Part shown: piece after piece, positions 25,020 to 38,978 of the stretch
Numbering within the stretch: the first letter of the stretch is position 1
How the letters are laid out: every line of letters starts with the position of its first letter
Source: Carcharhinus amblyrhynchos
Taxonomy: Eukaryota
Assembly: GCA_965287045.1 (NCBI GenBank)
Contig: OZ336881.1
Span: 73,470,001-73,534,000 of the forward strand
DNA: 64,000 nucleotides
Direction: 5' to 3'
Translations under genes and position numbers: made by a program
Notes under the pieces: generated by a model
Told to the model about the DNA's origin: nothing
The model's input: the letters and a program-made list of their open reading frames with translations, nothing else
The model's database searches: none

Positions 25020-25256
25020 AAAAGGTAAATCAGTATAGTCCCAGCTGACTATCGGCTGTACTCCCCTTTGAGGGGGAGAGCTGACTGGTGGTGACTTAAC
25101 TGGTGCTGAGGATAACCACACCTCTGGTGAGGGGCAAGGTTGAGAAGGCAGGTCTTCATGAACAACCTCAGCCGGTATAGGAATTGAATCCATGCTGTTG
25201 GCATTGCCCTGTATCGCTAACCAGCAATCCAGACAACTGAGCTAAACCGACCCCCT
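25020..25256 (-). mobile_element. tRNA-derived SINE of another family truncating the pogo fossil
   Basis: Minus strand begins GGGGGTCGGTTTAGCTCAGTTG (A-box-like) ... GGATTCAATTCC (B-box-like). Confidence 0.7.
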
Positions 25257-26617
25257 ACCATCAGAATAGATGATGTGATGTAATTCACATCACAAAGCGC
25301 ATCCTCTCACTAACTGGTTCATGAGCTTATTTGAAGTTTTTACTCTGAGATCTTATCATTTTTAATTGCTGTGTTTCCTCTTGTATAGTAATTGCTATTT
25401 ATATAGCAAAGACATTGAGTATGTCCCTGTACATGGGTACAGTCAGCGATCTTCTATAGTTCTCTTGTAGCCAGTGAATGCCACAGTTGTTCTGTGCTTT
25501 AGAGTAAAAATTACTCATGATAAAGTTAATACGTCTGGATCACCAGTTAGAATTAATTAGCGGCTTGTTTGCATGTGGTTTTTATGTTGGTTCATATTGT
25601 TCCAAAAATGCCTGGATATTGCTCATCAGAGGATGGTAAAACCACATGCAAAGACTCATTTGTATTTGTTTGGATAAAATTATAGATCAACAGTTTGATT
25701 TCGAGACTTATTAAATCACTTGCGTGCAGCAGTAACATTTTTCTCTGCTGTTCCCCACTCTGATTGTAGCCAGTTTCAGTCTAACATATTTCCTTTGCTA
25801 CACTCTGGTTCGTGGATTTGCCATCTCTTTAAGGGAGTAATTCATGCTTGATCTCTCAGGAAAACATTAATGCTGCATCATTTTCCAGTGAATAGCTGGG
25901 ATATACTGATTCGGACAGCTTCGTTCCCACTGTACGTAGCCGTACAGCTTCCATTTCTGTGACATCTGAACATAGTATCATGACAAGGCAGTTCACAGAC
26001 TTGCTATCGGCTAATCTTTGTTAATGAGCCGTGAGATAATACAACAGACCACAAAATGGTTGGTCAGAAAAGTAGTTTTGGAGAGAATCTAAAAGAGGGA
26101 GAGAGAGGCAGAGATTTTTAGAGACCAATTTCAGTGTCTAGGATGTAGGCAACTGAGGGCACAGCCACCACTGGGTGGGATGATGAAAATCAGGCATATG
26201 TAGGGGACCAGAACTAGGTGATCTCTACCAGAGTTGGTGGGGAATGCAGCAGATTGCCTCATCCATCTGGGCTAAGGAAGGGAATATTGGCCAGGATTCT
26301 CCTTGGTGTCCCTGGGCATTGGATCTAACTGCAATGCTCCCTGAGATTCATTTGGCTGCCAGCACTTACCAAGTGGTCATGTACATTGGTAAAATGTTCA
26401 CTCTGGTGTGGAAATGGAAGGTGACTGGTGGAACAAGCGATGGATCAAAGCCTTTGGGGGAGGAAAGGAAATTTCAAGAGTAATTCTTTTAAAAAAATCC
26501 TGTTAAAGTGCAAAGGGCTCTTGATATGTTTTTTTTACTTCATAAACACTGCGTGCAAATGTTGTATTCCCACCACTGATCTCTTAAAATCTGCTTAATT
26601 ATTTTCTTTTGAAACCT

Positions 26618-26901
26618 GGGCAGCACAGTGGTTAGTCCTGCTGCCTCACAGTGCCAGGGACCCAGGTTCAATTCCTGACTTCGATCACTGTCTGTGTGGA
26701 GGCTGCACATTCCATGTCTGCGTGGGTTTCTTCCGAGCGCTCCAGTTTCCTTCCACAGTCGGAAAGATATGCTGGTTAGGTGCATTGGCCATGCTAAATT
26801 CTCCCTCAGTCTACCCGAACAGCTGCGACGAGGGGATTTTCATAGCAACTTCATTGCAGTGTTAATGTAATCCTATTTGTGAGACTAATAAATGAATTTT
26901 T
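26618..26901 (+). mobile_element. V-SINE, type-B tail
   Basis: Head, V-domain and type-B tail ending ~200 nt upstream of a TTC27 exon. Confidence 0.88.
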
Positions 26902-27103
26902 AAATCCTATGTGAAGGGCAGCATTCATTCATTTAATACCGCACTGGCTTGTCACCTTAAATTACTGTCGCACTCAATTTCACGTACAGACCTAAAACTG
27001 ACAGCCTTCCGGTACAGAAGCAAGAGAATTTTATCAGCTGGGCCAGACGTACCAATAAGAATGCTTGTGCATAAACTGCAGTCACTTCTTGTGCCCATTT
27101 CAG

Positions 27104-27301
27104 GTTCTGAAAATCCTGGTGCGAGCTGTGGATGAAGGGATTACCGATAGCAAAGGAGATTCTGCAAAGGCGTTGACAGGGAAACTGCGGGAACTCTTTG
27201 GCAGGGTGACTTCTAGAATAACCAATGATGCTGAGATTTGGAAATTGTATGCCAAGCTGTGCGGAGACGGGCAAACAGAGAACGCAGAAGACAACGAAAA
27301 G
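27104..27301 (+). CDS. TTC27: TTC27 (tetratricopeptide repeat protein 27) internal coding exon, 198 nt, phase 0/0
   Basis: ttcag|GTT...AAG|gttagt; [66 protein letters not shown] matches recalled vertebrate TTC27 (VLKILVRAV...[20 protein letters not shown]). Confidence 0.95.
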
Positions 27302-28117
27302 GTTAGTGTCCTATAACGCCGTGCACTTTGTGTCCATCTGACTATTTTCTCTTTCAGCTCTTGTTGCCCAGATTCACCACCCCTGCTGTTCTGTCAGAGG
27401 TCATTCTGAAGAGCTGCCCTGCTTAAAGCAGCTACAAGAAAGTGCAAAGGGGTTAACGTTGGATGACACCCCTCCCACATGTGTTCCCTCATTGCCAAGT
27501 TCATGGATGTAGATTGAAAGCTTGCTGCCTGAAGAATCAGATTGCTGCCTTTGCCAATGTGCTGTGCCACTGGGGCATCTTGCCTGCTGGTGATTTAGCA
27601 TTTAAATCGTCTACAGCTTTATGGTTTTTTAATGTTCTCTGTGTTTTAATTAGTGACAAAGGTGCATACAGATGCTCAGTTTTCTTTTGTGCTAGTCCTA
27701 CCTCGTCAACCAAAAACGCTTTTAATGTACATGCCACATATTTTATCTTTAAAAGAAAAACAATGGCTGCTGATCTTGTGATTAGTAATGACGCAGCAGT
27801 GTATACTGCTAACTGCGTTCAAAACCACTTGCCTACCTTTTTTGTTGGCCGCAGCAGGAACTTGCTCTCACTGCTGTAGGAAGGATCCAAGTGGATAGGG
27901 GAACCTATTGTCAAGGTGCAACCCCAGCAAATCCTTCAATGACATGAGCTAAAGACATGTCCTCTGAGGCCTGTCCTCAGTTCATTGACTGTCGAGGTAT
28001 TTTTAATGATAGATCGCACAAAAAATCAACTACTTCAAATTGCAGTCACCCCCCCTCCCCCCAAAGCTCTGCTCCCCACTCACTGCCCCCCACCCCTCCT
28101 CGCCCCTCCCTGGCTCT

Positions 28118-29250
28118 CATAGAACATAGAACACTACAGCACAAACAGGTCCTTCGGTCCACAAGTTGCGCTGATCACATCTATACCTACCAAGCCATAG
28201 GACTATCTGTAACTTCCAATGCCATTAGATCCCATATACTCATCCAGAAGTCTTTTAAAAGACCCCAGTGAGTTCGCCTCTACCACCACTGACAGCAGCC
28301 AATTCCGTTCACTCACCACCGTCTGAGTGAAAAACTTTCCCCTAACATCTCCTCTGTACTTGCTTCCCAGCACCTTAAACCTGTGTCCTCTCGTAGTGAC
28401 CATTTCAGCCCTGGGAAATAGCCTCCGAGAATCCACCCTATCTATTCCTCTCAACATTTTATAAACCTCTATCAGGTCGCCTCTCAACCTTCGTCTCTCC
28501 AGGGAGAAGAGACCTAGCTCCTTCAACCTATCTTCATAAGGCATGCCTCCCAATCCAGGCAACATCCTTGTAAATCTCCTCTGCACCCTCTCAATAGCTT
28601 TCACATCCTTCCTGTAGTGAGGCGACCAGAACTGCGCACAGTACTCCAAGTTGGGTCTGACAAGGGCCCTATAAAGTTGCCGCATTGCCTCCCGACTCCT
28701 AAACTCAATCCCTCGTTAAACGAAGGCCAGTACACCATCCGCCTTCTTGACCACATCCTCCACCTGCGAGGCTGATTTAAGAGTCCCATGGACCCGGACC
28801 TCAAGATTGCTGTGCTCTTCAACCCAGCTAAGACTCCTACCCTTGATATTGTACCCCTGCATCCCGTTGGTCCTGCCAAAATGGACCACTACCCGTTTAT
28901 CCGCTTTGAAGTCCATCTGCCACTTCTCCGCCCAGTCTTGCATCCTGTCTATGTCACGCTGCAACTTCTGACATCCCTCCAGACTATCCACAACACCACC
29001 AACCTTCGTATCGTCGGCGAACTTACTAACCCATCCCTCCACTTCCTCATCCAGGTCATTTATGAAAATGACAAACAGCAAGGGTCCTAGAACAGATCCC
29101 TGGGGCACTCCACTGGTGACCGACCTCCAGGCAGAAAAAGACCCATCCACAACCATCTCTGCCTTCTGCAGGCAAGCCAGTTCTGGACCCACAAGGCCAA
29201 AGCCCCTTGGATCCCATGCCCTCTCTCCCTCTCAAGAAGTCTTGCATGGG
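28118..29250 (-). mobile_element. CR1 LINE 3' fragment (RT to tail)
   Basis: [53 protein letters not shown]; TTCTATG-repeat tail at 28118. Confidence 0.95.
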
Positions 29251-31399
29251 GGACCTCTCATTGAGGCAGACTGAAAAACTGGGGTACAGGAATGAGGGTG
29301 GGTGCCAGGATTGCAGAGAGTGTTTTGACCTGTCCTTTGGTTTCAAAGGGCTTGCCCTCCTGTGCTACAACCATACCAGTTTGGAGCAACCTTATATATA
29401 TCATTGCCCTGGGCTTGCCCCTATATTTACAATAAGCCCAAGCTTACATGCTGATAGGATTCAGTGGGGTTGGGCTACACCACGGTCATTTCCGACAGAC
29501 CACAACTAGTTTGCTGCTGTTGTGAATACAAGATCTGGGCCACTTTATGACGAGGGAACTAAAACTAAGACACAAGCTGTAAGTGAGATTTTACAGTACT
29601 TGTGTCTGAAAGTGCATTGTTGTGAGATGTAGATACCACCAGGAATGCAAGACATTAGGCACTTACTAACACATTCATTTTAAGCTTGCATGAGTAAATA
29701 TTTCTACTCATCTTTTGCTTTGCTTGCTCCCAGACCTGTAATGTTGCTGTTATTGTGCCACCGTTTAAGAAATACGCACATCTCACACTTGAACATCTAA
29801 GCAGGAAGTTGGATTTTGGTGCCTTACTGTGGGGAATTGTGATTGTAATTGTGATCCAACCATTCCACAGCATGTGCCACAGGTATCACAGGTGAAATGT
29901 GCTGCCCATTTCTAGACAAGTGTTATATTTAGGACATGTTAACTTCTGTCTGAAGCTCAGGGCACCTTTCAACCCTTAATAAGGAGGCCACTGTTTGAAT
30001 CCATTTTTTCTTGGCCCTATTTGAGAGGGAAAAGATATGCCAGTTTGGACCTTGGCAGAACTCTCCCTGCTTATCTTTTCTTGTGTCCTACATCTGAGAT
30101 AGCAGCTGGGCCTCAATTTAATGTCAAATGTGAAAAACAACACTGCTGACAAGGCAGCAGTCTCTCAGCTTGGCACTGAAGTGTCAGCCTGGGTTGCATG
30201 CTCAAGTCCTGCTGTGACTTTGACCTTCTGATGCAAGATCTGGAATATTACCAGTGAGATCCAAGGAGAGAGGAGTCTTCATTTCAGCATCCGGGTGACA
30301 GAATTCATAAATGGATATTTTAAGAAATTTAATGGGTTTGCAGTGCCGAATCATATCCTTCTGCAGTTGTTTCAGGGGAACTGCGGTTGATGGCCCTCAT
30401 TCAAATTCCTCATTGAGAACACATTAACTTTATAAATTGGGATTTTCTTACCAAAGGATTAGAAAACTCCTGCCACGTAACTGCACCGCTTTTTGCCGCA
30501 GACTCCCAGAGGCCTTGGCCCAGACACTCTGATATTTGCAATGCCTGGAGAGTTTACCATACTCAATCATTCACTGCCATGGCCCAAAACAATTTTGGAA
30601 GCCTTTGACACTCACTTCCATACTTCTCCAAAGCACAAAAAGTCTATTCAAATAATTGACAGGAAAAACAGTCCTTTCAGTGAATGAGGAGGCACCACGC
30701 TGAGTTCTTTTTCAGAAGCATGTTCGGGATTTACAGTGCTAATAATTTTGACTTGTTTTAAACTTGCAGGCGCTTTTGGCGGAGTGGGGGAGGTCGGTCC
30801 ATGCACACATTTGCCTTTGCACTGCTTATTTGGGTAAAGCCATACGACACTTTTCACACTGTGTGCCTTGAGACACTTGATGCATGCACTTTCTCCATTA
30901 ATACCTAATCCAGTACAGCTCTCCAGCTCAGGATTGGCTGTCGTGTGGAGATTTCTGTCTGTGAGGCTCCCCTTGGTATATCACCTGAGAAAGGCATTCT
31001 GCAACAGTGTAGTTGAGGAAAGTACACTATAAATTTAAGGAGAAAACAGCATAGATTTTTTCTCCAATTCGTGGGATAACTTTTGAAAGGGCTCTTTTTC
31101 ACTCTTTGTATTGTAAAATTCAGAACAAGTAGTAAGCAGGTTGAAGAAGATAATAGACTACAAGAGGACAGCCTAATTAATGGGTTCAAAGGTTATCAGA
31201 ATGTTGGAGAGCAAAAATATCAGCTGGAATGTTCTGGCTGTTCACTTCCCTGCCCCCCAATCGCTGCAAGTAAGGGCAGCAATTTGGCGCCCAGCCAAAT
31301 CTCCATTCACTGCAGCGGGACCAGAAGATCTCACCGGCTTGAATGAAAATTCTGCTCATCATGTTTCTAATTCTCTGAACCCAGAGACTGTTTTATTAC

Positions 31400-31530
31400 C
31401 AAAGCAAAATCACGTGGATGCTGGAAAACTGAAATAAAGACAGAAAATGTTGGAAAAACTCAGCAGCTCTGGCAGCATTTGTGGAGAGAGAAGTGGAGTT
31501 AATGTTTCAAGTCCATGTGATTTCTTCATA
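31400..31530 (-). mobile_element. PLE family-2 terminus, decayed hammerhead
   Basis: Minus strand ...TGAAGA-AATCACATGGACTT-GAAACATT-AACTCC followed by the CTCTCTCCACAAATGCTGCC arm. Confidence 0.65.
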
Positions 31531-32169
31531 TTCCCTATTACAGTTGTTCATTCCTTGTGTGTCCATTTTAATGTATTCATTTGACATTAATTGAGGCTAT
31601 ATTAGATAAATTTTTGATAGCTAGAGAATCAAGTGTAATGTAGTGTTGTTGGTTGGGGGTGAGGGGGAGATCGTGGCAATAGAATTGCGACCACAACTAT
31701 ATCAGCCATGATCTTATTGATTGACAGAGCAGGCTGGATGGGCTGAATGGCCTCCTCCTGTTCAGTAGTCCTATGTTCCTCTGTCCCATTTCCAGCCAGA
31801 ATTTGCCCTTTCTTGCAAGGTACCTGCTTACTGATGGCCATAATGAATTAAAGTCCATTCTCACTACATTCAAAAATTACTCAAGAAGCAGCAACAATGG
31901 TCACTTAAACATAGTCAGCAGCATATTACCAAGGAAGTACTATACCTAATTCAAATCAGCAAGTGCTGATAGTTCCAGTATTGCAAATCTGTTACCCTTT
32001 GAATCGCATTAATAAATGTCACTAGTAATTAAATGTGAAATTTCTTGAATATTTGTTTGGATGTTTTCGTTGCTTCCAATGTGCATGGGTTAAAGAAATA
32101 CTTCATAATAACAGTGTGATTTTTAAAAAATCTTATTGCTATGCTTATTTTTCATACAAATGTAGATTT

Positions 32170-33150
32170 ATAAAATGCACACACATTTCCCTCCCTGGTA
32201 ATTGTCTGAGGCAGAACCACACTGTTTGCAACTTCAGTGTCATACTTGACCCTAAGATGAGTTTCTGATCACATATCTGCACTGCCGCTAAGTCTGTCTA
32301 TTTCCACCTTGAAAACATTTGCCAAACTGTGCCCCTTTTCGTGCTGATTTGTGCCTTTGTTATCTCTATCTTTGATTATTCCAATGAATTCCTAGCCAGC
32401 TTTCACATTCTACCCCAACGAAATTTCAATTCATCCAGACACTGGTTTGCATTGCTACCTCACAGCACCAGAGACCCGGGTTCAATTCTGCCCTCGGTCA
32501 GAATTGTCTGTGTGGAGTTTGCACATTCTCCTGTGTCTGCATGGGTTTCCTCCGGATGCTCCGGTTTCCTCCCGCAGTTCGAAAATGTGTAGATTAGGAG
32601 GATTGGAGGGTAAATGTGGTTGGGGGATAGGGCAGGGTGTGGGCCTGGGAAAGATGCTCAGCCAGAGGGTCGGGGCAGACTCAGTGGGCTGAACTGACTC
32701 CTTCTGCACTGTAGGGATTCTGTGATTCAAACCTGTGCTGCAATTGTCCTAACTTGGATCAGATTGGAGTCACACTTCACCCCTCTGCTACCTACACTTG
32801 CTCCCAGTAAAGCACCCCCTGGATTCTGAATCTCTTGTCCTTGTTTTCAGACCCTTTCCTGGTCTCCCCACCACACACATACATACTGCCCCCCTCCCAC
32901 CCCCCGTGCCCCATTTTCATCATTCCACCATTGGTTGGTCATGGCTCCAACTCCCTAAGCTTTGCACTTCGTTGCTAAACCTCTCTCCCTTTTAACTTTG
33001 TTTTCCTTAATGGTATTCCATAAAACCGACCTCTTGGAACAAGCTTTTGGTCGTCTGTTCTCATCTCTCCTTATGTGGCTTGATGGCATATTTCCTTTCA
33101 CAATGCCCATGTATATCACCTTGGAACATTTTATTATGTTGGAGACACAT
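32170..33150 (+). mobile_element. L2 LINE fragment interrupted by an HE1 V-SINE (32441-32728)
   Basis: Decayed L2 motifs on both sides of a SINE carrying the V-domain and type-A tail. Confidence 0.7.
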
Positions 33151-33399
33151 TTACACACACACGTACATACAAGTTGAGTAGTGGTCATTGAGGCATTATT
33201 AGAAAACCTATGTTTAACTGTATACTGTAATTCCATTATGAGCTGGATGACCTGAGTTTAAATTATTCTAACCTTGACTGGCAAGTGAACTCTGAATATT
33301 TTGACTGTGTAAAGTTATTTTGATCATTGTTGATTGAACTACTCCACTGCCCTTAGGCTAAGGGAGATCGGAGTGGCATTGATGAGAAGAGAAAAGAAG

Positions 33400-34266
33400 C
33401 AACAAAGGCTAATGGTCAATGGATGTTTTTGTAAATAGAAAGCAGTTTCCAGTGGGGTTCCACAGGGCTCTGTGTTGGAGCCCTTGCTGTTTGGTATGTG
33501 TATTAATGAGTAAATGTAGGAGGCACGGAAGGGAAATTTGCAGATGACTTGAGAACTGGCCATGTAGTGAGGAGGATAGCTGAAGATGGCAAGACAGGTG
33601 GGTAAGGTGATAAAGAAAGCCTGCAGAACACTTTCCTTAATTGGATGAGACCTTGAATGCAAAAATAGGGATTTAATGCTGGAATGGTATAAAATGCTGG
33701 TTAGGCCACAGCTGGTATCTTGTGTACAACTCTGGTCACTACATTACAGGAAGGACATAATTGCTATCGAAAGAGTGCAGAGGAGATTTACAAGAATATT
33801 GCCAGAGCTTAAAAATTGGAGTTCAGAGGAAAGGGAGGATAGGCTGACGTTGTTTTTATTGGAACAAAGGAGGCTGAAGGGTGACTTGATTGGGGTATCC
33901 AAAATTATTAGGGGCCTGGACAGGGTAGACAGGAAAGACTTCTTTCCCCTAGCTGGGAGTTACCAGGGGGCATAGATTTAAGGTAATTGGTAGAAGGAGA
34001 AGAGGAGAGATGAGGAAAAGCTTTTACACTCAGAGGATAGTGGGCATCTGGAATTCACGGCCTGAATTGGTGGATGAGGCTGAAACACACAACTCAATTA
34101 AAAGGCACCTGGATCTGCACCTGAAGTGCTGTAACCTGTGAGCTACAGACCGTGTGCTGGAAAGTGGAATTAAAATGAGCGGCTAGCTTTTACTCTCTTT
34201 ATTTGGCCGGTGCAGATACAATGGGCTGAATGGCCTCTTTCTGTACCATAACTTTCTATGGTTCTA
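33400..34266 (+). mobile_element. CR1 LINE 3' fragment ending ~85 nt before a TTC27 exon
   Basis: [10 protein letters not shown]; LVRPQLVSCVQLWS.HYRKDI.AIERVQRRFTR; tail GGCTGAATGGCCTC...TTCTATGGTTCTA. Confidence 0.9.
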
Positions 34267-34350
34267 AGAGAGTAGAGAAGTTATAATGGGGAAAACAAAA
34301 TAAACGTGCTTTCCTCATATGTTGTCTAATGTCTTTCCTTTTGTCTGCAG

Positions 34351-34462
34351 GCATTGCAGTACCTAGTGAAAGCTCATCAATGTGAAACCCAATCCAGTAG
34401 CTGGGAAAAGGATATTGCATCTTTCAAAGAAGTAGCAAAAGGAGTGATAGAACTTGCGCACG
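34351..34462 (+). CDS. TTC27: TTC27 coding exon, 112 nt, phase 0/1
   Basis: tctgcag|GCA...CAC G|gtaagt; [37 protein letters not shown], in frame with the previous exon. Confidence 0.95.
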
Positions 34463-36257
34463 GTAAGTTCTCAATAGTTGTAACTAGCATCTATAATCCT
34501 TAATTTTAATGGTCATTCATAATCAGCTAATCTTCTAGGTTCTGTTGTCTGTGCTGCCCCGTGTAACAGCAAGAAGTGAAAGTGAGGATGTGTCAGAACT
34601 TAGTTAAGGTGGTGGCCCTAGGGCTCAATGTTGGGGCCATGACTTTCTGTCAGATAAATAACCTGGCATTGGGAATTTAATGCCTAGTGATAGACACCAC
34701 ACAGAGAGGCAGTGAAATCGAAGGAAGCAATTCCAAAATTGCAGTGAATTGGATAGAGTAAGTATTCTCATAGAGAGCCTCACAGCCAAGCAGGGTTCCA
34801 ACCAGTACCTATTCTAGTTGGAGTTATTGGACAGCTATAAGAAGCTGATGTTCCTTTTCCCCATCCCCTCTTGCAAACAATGTCTGTCATTCATTACTCA
34901 ATTACCACAGTTTTTCTGTATCAATGTAAATCAAAGAATGTAAAAAAAAACTTCTTTGTTCTGCAAGGATAAGATGAGTTGATAGAATGATACTGCATGG
35001 TAGGAGGCCATTCAGCCCAAAATGCTGATACCGGAATTAACTGAGCTGTTTTTAGTTCTACATTTAATTTGGTTTTATTCTACTTGCACTCCACCAAAAA
35101 TTGTGGGTGGAAGAAGATGAGGTCTGTTGGCCTGGATTCTGATTCTTGTTCCCATGATATCACTGGTAGAGTACTCGGTGTGGCAGTCGGGCTGTACGTT
35201 ATTAAAGCAACTTGCATTTATACAGAATCTTTTAACATAGTAAAATGTACTAAGACATTTCATAGGAAAACAAAAAAGTTCAACACCAAGCCACATAAAG
35301 AGGTACGAAGACAAATGACAAAAAGTGATCTTTTTAGAAGGAAGTTATGATTCAGAAAGTATCCAGAATAGATTTGCGAGGATGCTGTCTTGTATGAGGA
35401 AATACAAATGTGAGGAAATTTCGCTGGAGGCAGTCTTACCAAAAAAATGCTAATTACCGAATAAGCATGAAAATGGGAGAGAATCGTGCCCATTTTTTCA
35501 GCAAGAGAAAAATTCAAATTTTATGCCACTTAGAGAAAAAAATCAGGCAAAGTGTGATTTGTGTCCATAGGGGGAGTGGACGAAGTTTATTAACACTGGG
35601 AAGCCGGCTGTTGACTGTTAGAGGGTGCCATTGTGGATGCACATGAACTCACACACAAGAGTGCACTGTGTAAAGTGTACACAGTTAGTGCACTGGGAAT
35701 CTGACACTCCATCCCCCTCCCAATCGTGACCTCAGGTTCACTAAAAATATTTAACATTAGTTTTAAAGATTTAAATCAGCCTTGCGCGCTTCCCATGCAT
35801 GAGGCTGATCACAGCAGCAACCCAGTGCTGGTATCACCGTGAGAGGTGAGAGACCAGGCGCAAAGGTGGTTTTTCGCCTCTCTTGCCTCTCCACTGACTC
35901 TCCATGTTGATCGGCTGGTGTGATGACTAAGATCGCCCCCTTGGACTTCGTTAGAAGCAAACATGTTATAAAGTTGGTTAATACGATGAAATGGACATAC
36001 CTGTTTCATTAACTGATCTCAACCAAAGCAGTAGCAAGAGCTCAAGAGCCAGATTTTAGTGCCCCAGGATCTGACCACAGTGTGCATTTGTGATATGTAG
36101 CACAATCAAATCAAATTAAGCAAATATATTAGACCACTTCAGGAGATAACAACCGTTAATGTTCCAAGGCGCTTCACGAGAGAATTTAATACTGAGCCAC
36201 AGGATAAATTGGCCAAATGCTTGACCACTGAAGTAGATTTTATTGAATGTCCTGAGT

Positions 36258-36539
36258 TGCGGCACGGTAGCACACTGGTTAGCACTGCTGCCTCACAGTG
36301 CCAGAGACCCGGGTTCAGTTTCTGGCTTGGGTCAGTGTCTGTGTGGAGTTTGTATGTTCTCCCTGTGTCTGCACGTGTTTCCTCCTGGTGCTCCTGTTTC
36401 CTGCCACATTCTGAAAGACGTGCTGGTTAGGTGCGTTGACACGAGCAGGTGCCAGATTGTGGCAACTAGGGGAGTTTCACACTAACTTCATTACAGTGTT
36501 AATGTAAGCCTTACTTGTGACCAATAAATAAACTTTAAC
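36258..36539 (+). mobile_element. V-SINE, type-B tail, tail-to-tail with a Rex1 copy
   Basis: Head, V-domain, tail ...CTTGTGACCAATAAATAAACTTT. Confidence 0.88.
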
Positions 36540-36540
36540 C

Positions 36541-37195
36541 TCTGATTTGATTTGATTTATTATTATTACATATATTAATATACAGTGAAAAGTATTGTTT
36601 CTTGCGCACGATACAGACAAAGCATACCGTTCATAAAAAAAGAAACAAGAGAGTGCAGAATGTAGTCTTACAGTTATAATTAGGGTGTAGAGAAAGATCA
36701 ACTTAATGCGAGGTAGTTCTATTCGAAAATCTGATGGCAGCAGGGAAGATGCTGTTCTTGAGTTGGTTGGTACGTGACCTCAGACTTTTGTATCTTTTTC
36801 CCAATAGAAGAAGGTGGAAGAGCGAATGTCCGGGATGCATGGGGCCCTTAATTATGCTGGCTGCTTTGCCGAGGCAGCAGGAAATGTAGAAGAGCCAATG
36901 GATGGGAGGCTGATTTGCATGATGGGCTGGGCTACATACATGACCTTTTGTAGTTCCTTGCCATCTTGGTTAGAGCAGGAGCCATACTAAGCTGTGATAC
37001 AACAAGAAAGAATGCTTTCTATGGTGCATCTGTAAAAGTTGGTGAGAGTCATAGCTAACGTGCCAGATTTCCTTAGTCTTCTGAGAAAGGCGTTAGTGGG
37101 CTTTCTTAACTATAGTATCAGCATGGGGGGACCAGGACAGGTTGTTGGTGATCTGGACACCTAAAAACTTGAAGCTGTCAATCATTTCTATGTTG
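36541..37195 (-). mobile_element. Rex1/Babar LINE 3' fragment
   Basis: SFKFLGVQITNNLSWSPHADTIVKKAH; (TGATT)n tail at 36543. Confidence 0.9.
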
Positions 37196-37659
37196 TCTGA
37201 AATGACCATAGAGGGATAGAGAGGTGGAGACATATCGGCAGGAATTCCAGAGCTTAGGGTCTCAGGAACTGGAAACACGGTGCCTGTGGTGGGGCAGTTA
37301 AAATCGGAGATGTTCCAGCTTTAGTACTGAAACGGTTCAAGTCATGTGGAGGCTTACAGGCTGGAGGAGTTCACAGAGATGGAGAAGGGGGAGGCCCTGG
37401 AAGAATTTCACAATTTAAAAATTGAGGTATTGCCCAGCTGGGGGGCAAAGTGGGTCAGGACTTGGTGTGATTTAGGATCTGGGCAGCAGAGGTTATGATG
37501 ATCTTAAGCTGATGGAGGATAGAAGATGGGAGGCCAACCAGGGCAGCATTGGAATGGTCACATTGAGAAGAACCAAAGGCAAGGATGAGGGTTGCTGCGA
37601 CAGGTGAGCTGAGGTAGAGCAGACACAGATGACTTTATGGGGTTGGAAATTTTAGACCA

Positions 37660-37885
37660 ATAAATAAAACTTGAGAATCTCAGTGAAGGTGGCATCGATG
37701 GAGAGAGAAACAGTGCAAATGTCTCAGGTTGATAACCTTTCATTGGAAAGAATTCAGAACAGTTCTGACGAAAGGTCATCGACCTGAATCATTGGGGCAG
37801 TTTCCCTCTCCATAGTTGCTGCCTGATCTGCTGAGTATTTCTGCCATTTACTGTTTTGATTTCAGATTCTCAGCATCAGTACTTG
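37660..37885. mobile_element. PLE family-2 inverted termini with hammerhead-like core (37761-37790, +)
   Basis: AGTT-CTGACGA-A-AGGTC-ATC-GACCT-GAAT; a more decayed inverted copy lies at 37700-37748. Confidence 0.75.
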
Positions 37886-38672
37886 CCTTCACTTGTTCAT
37901 TCAGTGAATTAATTTTATTCTTGGAATAAACACCAAATGAAATTAAATCATAGTACAATTTTTATTTATTTTGGTGATGCATTGTTGTCATCAGAGAATT
38001 TACCACAGGCATTGCTTGCAGAGTCATCTGGATTAAATTTTCAAGTTTTTAAATAACTAATTACAAAAATATCCCAGCTTTAAAGTGCAGCTATGTTGTC
38101 AGTTATTAAAATGTGAAGAATGTACTTAATGTTGGCAGCGCTGTTCATTTAGCTCATTGTAGGTTCCAAGAATCAAACAAGCCCACATTAAAAAACATCA
38201 TTCTTTGCCATTTCTGCCTTACTGCTCTCCTCCTGGCATATGGAAGGAGCTTTTCCCTCAGTGACATCCAAGCCCACTCTTCCATCCTACCTGCTCTCCT
38301 TCCCCGGTAGCTTTCCATGTTAAGTGTATATCAGTTGGGTGTTAATTGTATTCAGGATTAATTAGGAACTCACCCAAAGCTGAATAAAGCTCAGTGTTTC
38401 GTTGATCGGGACTGGAAGGGATTTCAAGTGCACTGCACACCATCCTGACTTGGAACTATATCACTGTTCCTTCCAATCATGGGTTCAAAATCTTGGAACT
38501 CCCTTCTTAGCAGCACTATGGCTGTACCTACACCATATGAATCACAGCAGTTTATGAGCGCAGTTCATCGCTACCTTACCGAGGGCAATGGGAGATAGGC
38601 AACAATGTTGACCTTGCTAGTGACATTCACAACACATTCGAGAATGTGTTTTAAAAAAGGCTTTTAACGAGA

Positions 38673-38978
38673 TTGGCACTACTGCCTCACCGCGCCAGAG
38701 ACCTGAGTTCAATTCAGCCTTGGGGGACTGTGACCTTTCGTGTAGAGTTTGTGCGTTCTCCCCATGTCTGCGTGGGTTTCCTCCAGGTGCTCCAGTTTCT
38801 CCCATACTCCAAAGATATGAGAGTTAGGTTGATTGGCCATACTAAATTGCCCCTTAGTGTCAGGGCAGTTAGCAGGGTAAATACATGGTTTTACAAGGAT
38901 AGGATTTGGATGGGTTGTTAACGGTGCAGGTTTGATGGGCCGAATGGCCTCCTTTTTCACTGTAGGGATTCTATGATC
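38673..38978 (+). mobile_element. HE1-type V-SINE, type-A tail
   Basis: V-domain and GATGGGCCGAATGGCCTCC...GGGATTCTATGA tail. Confidence 0.88.

Noticed and set aside
1-27103. Additional upstream TTC27 exon (expected ...ALKCNYEHWQIWENY...)
   Set aside because: No such peptide was found by eye or in the ORF track; it is presumed to lie upstream of the window, though a small exon could have been missed
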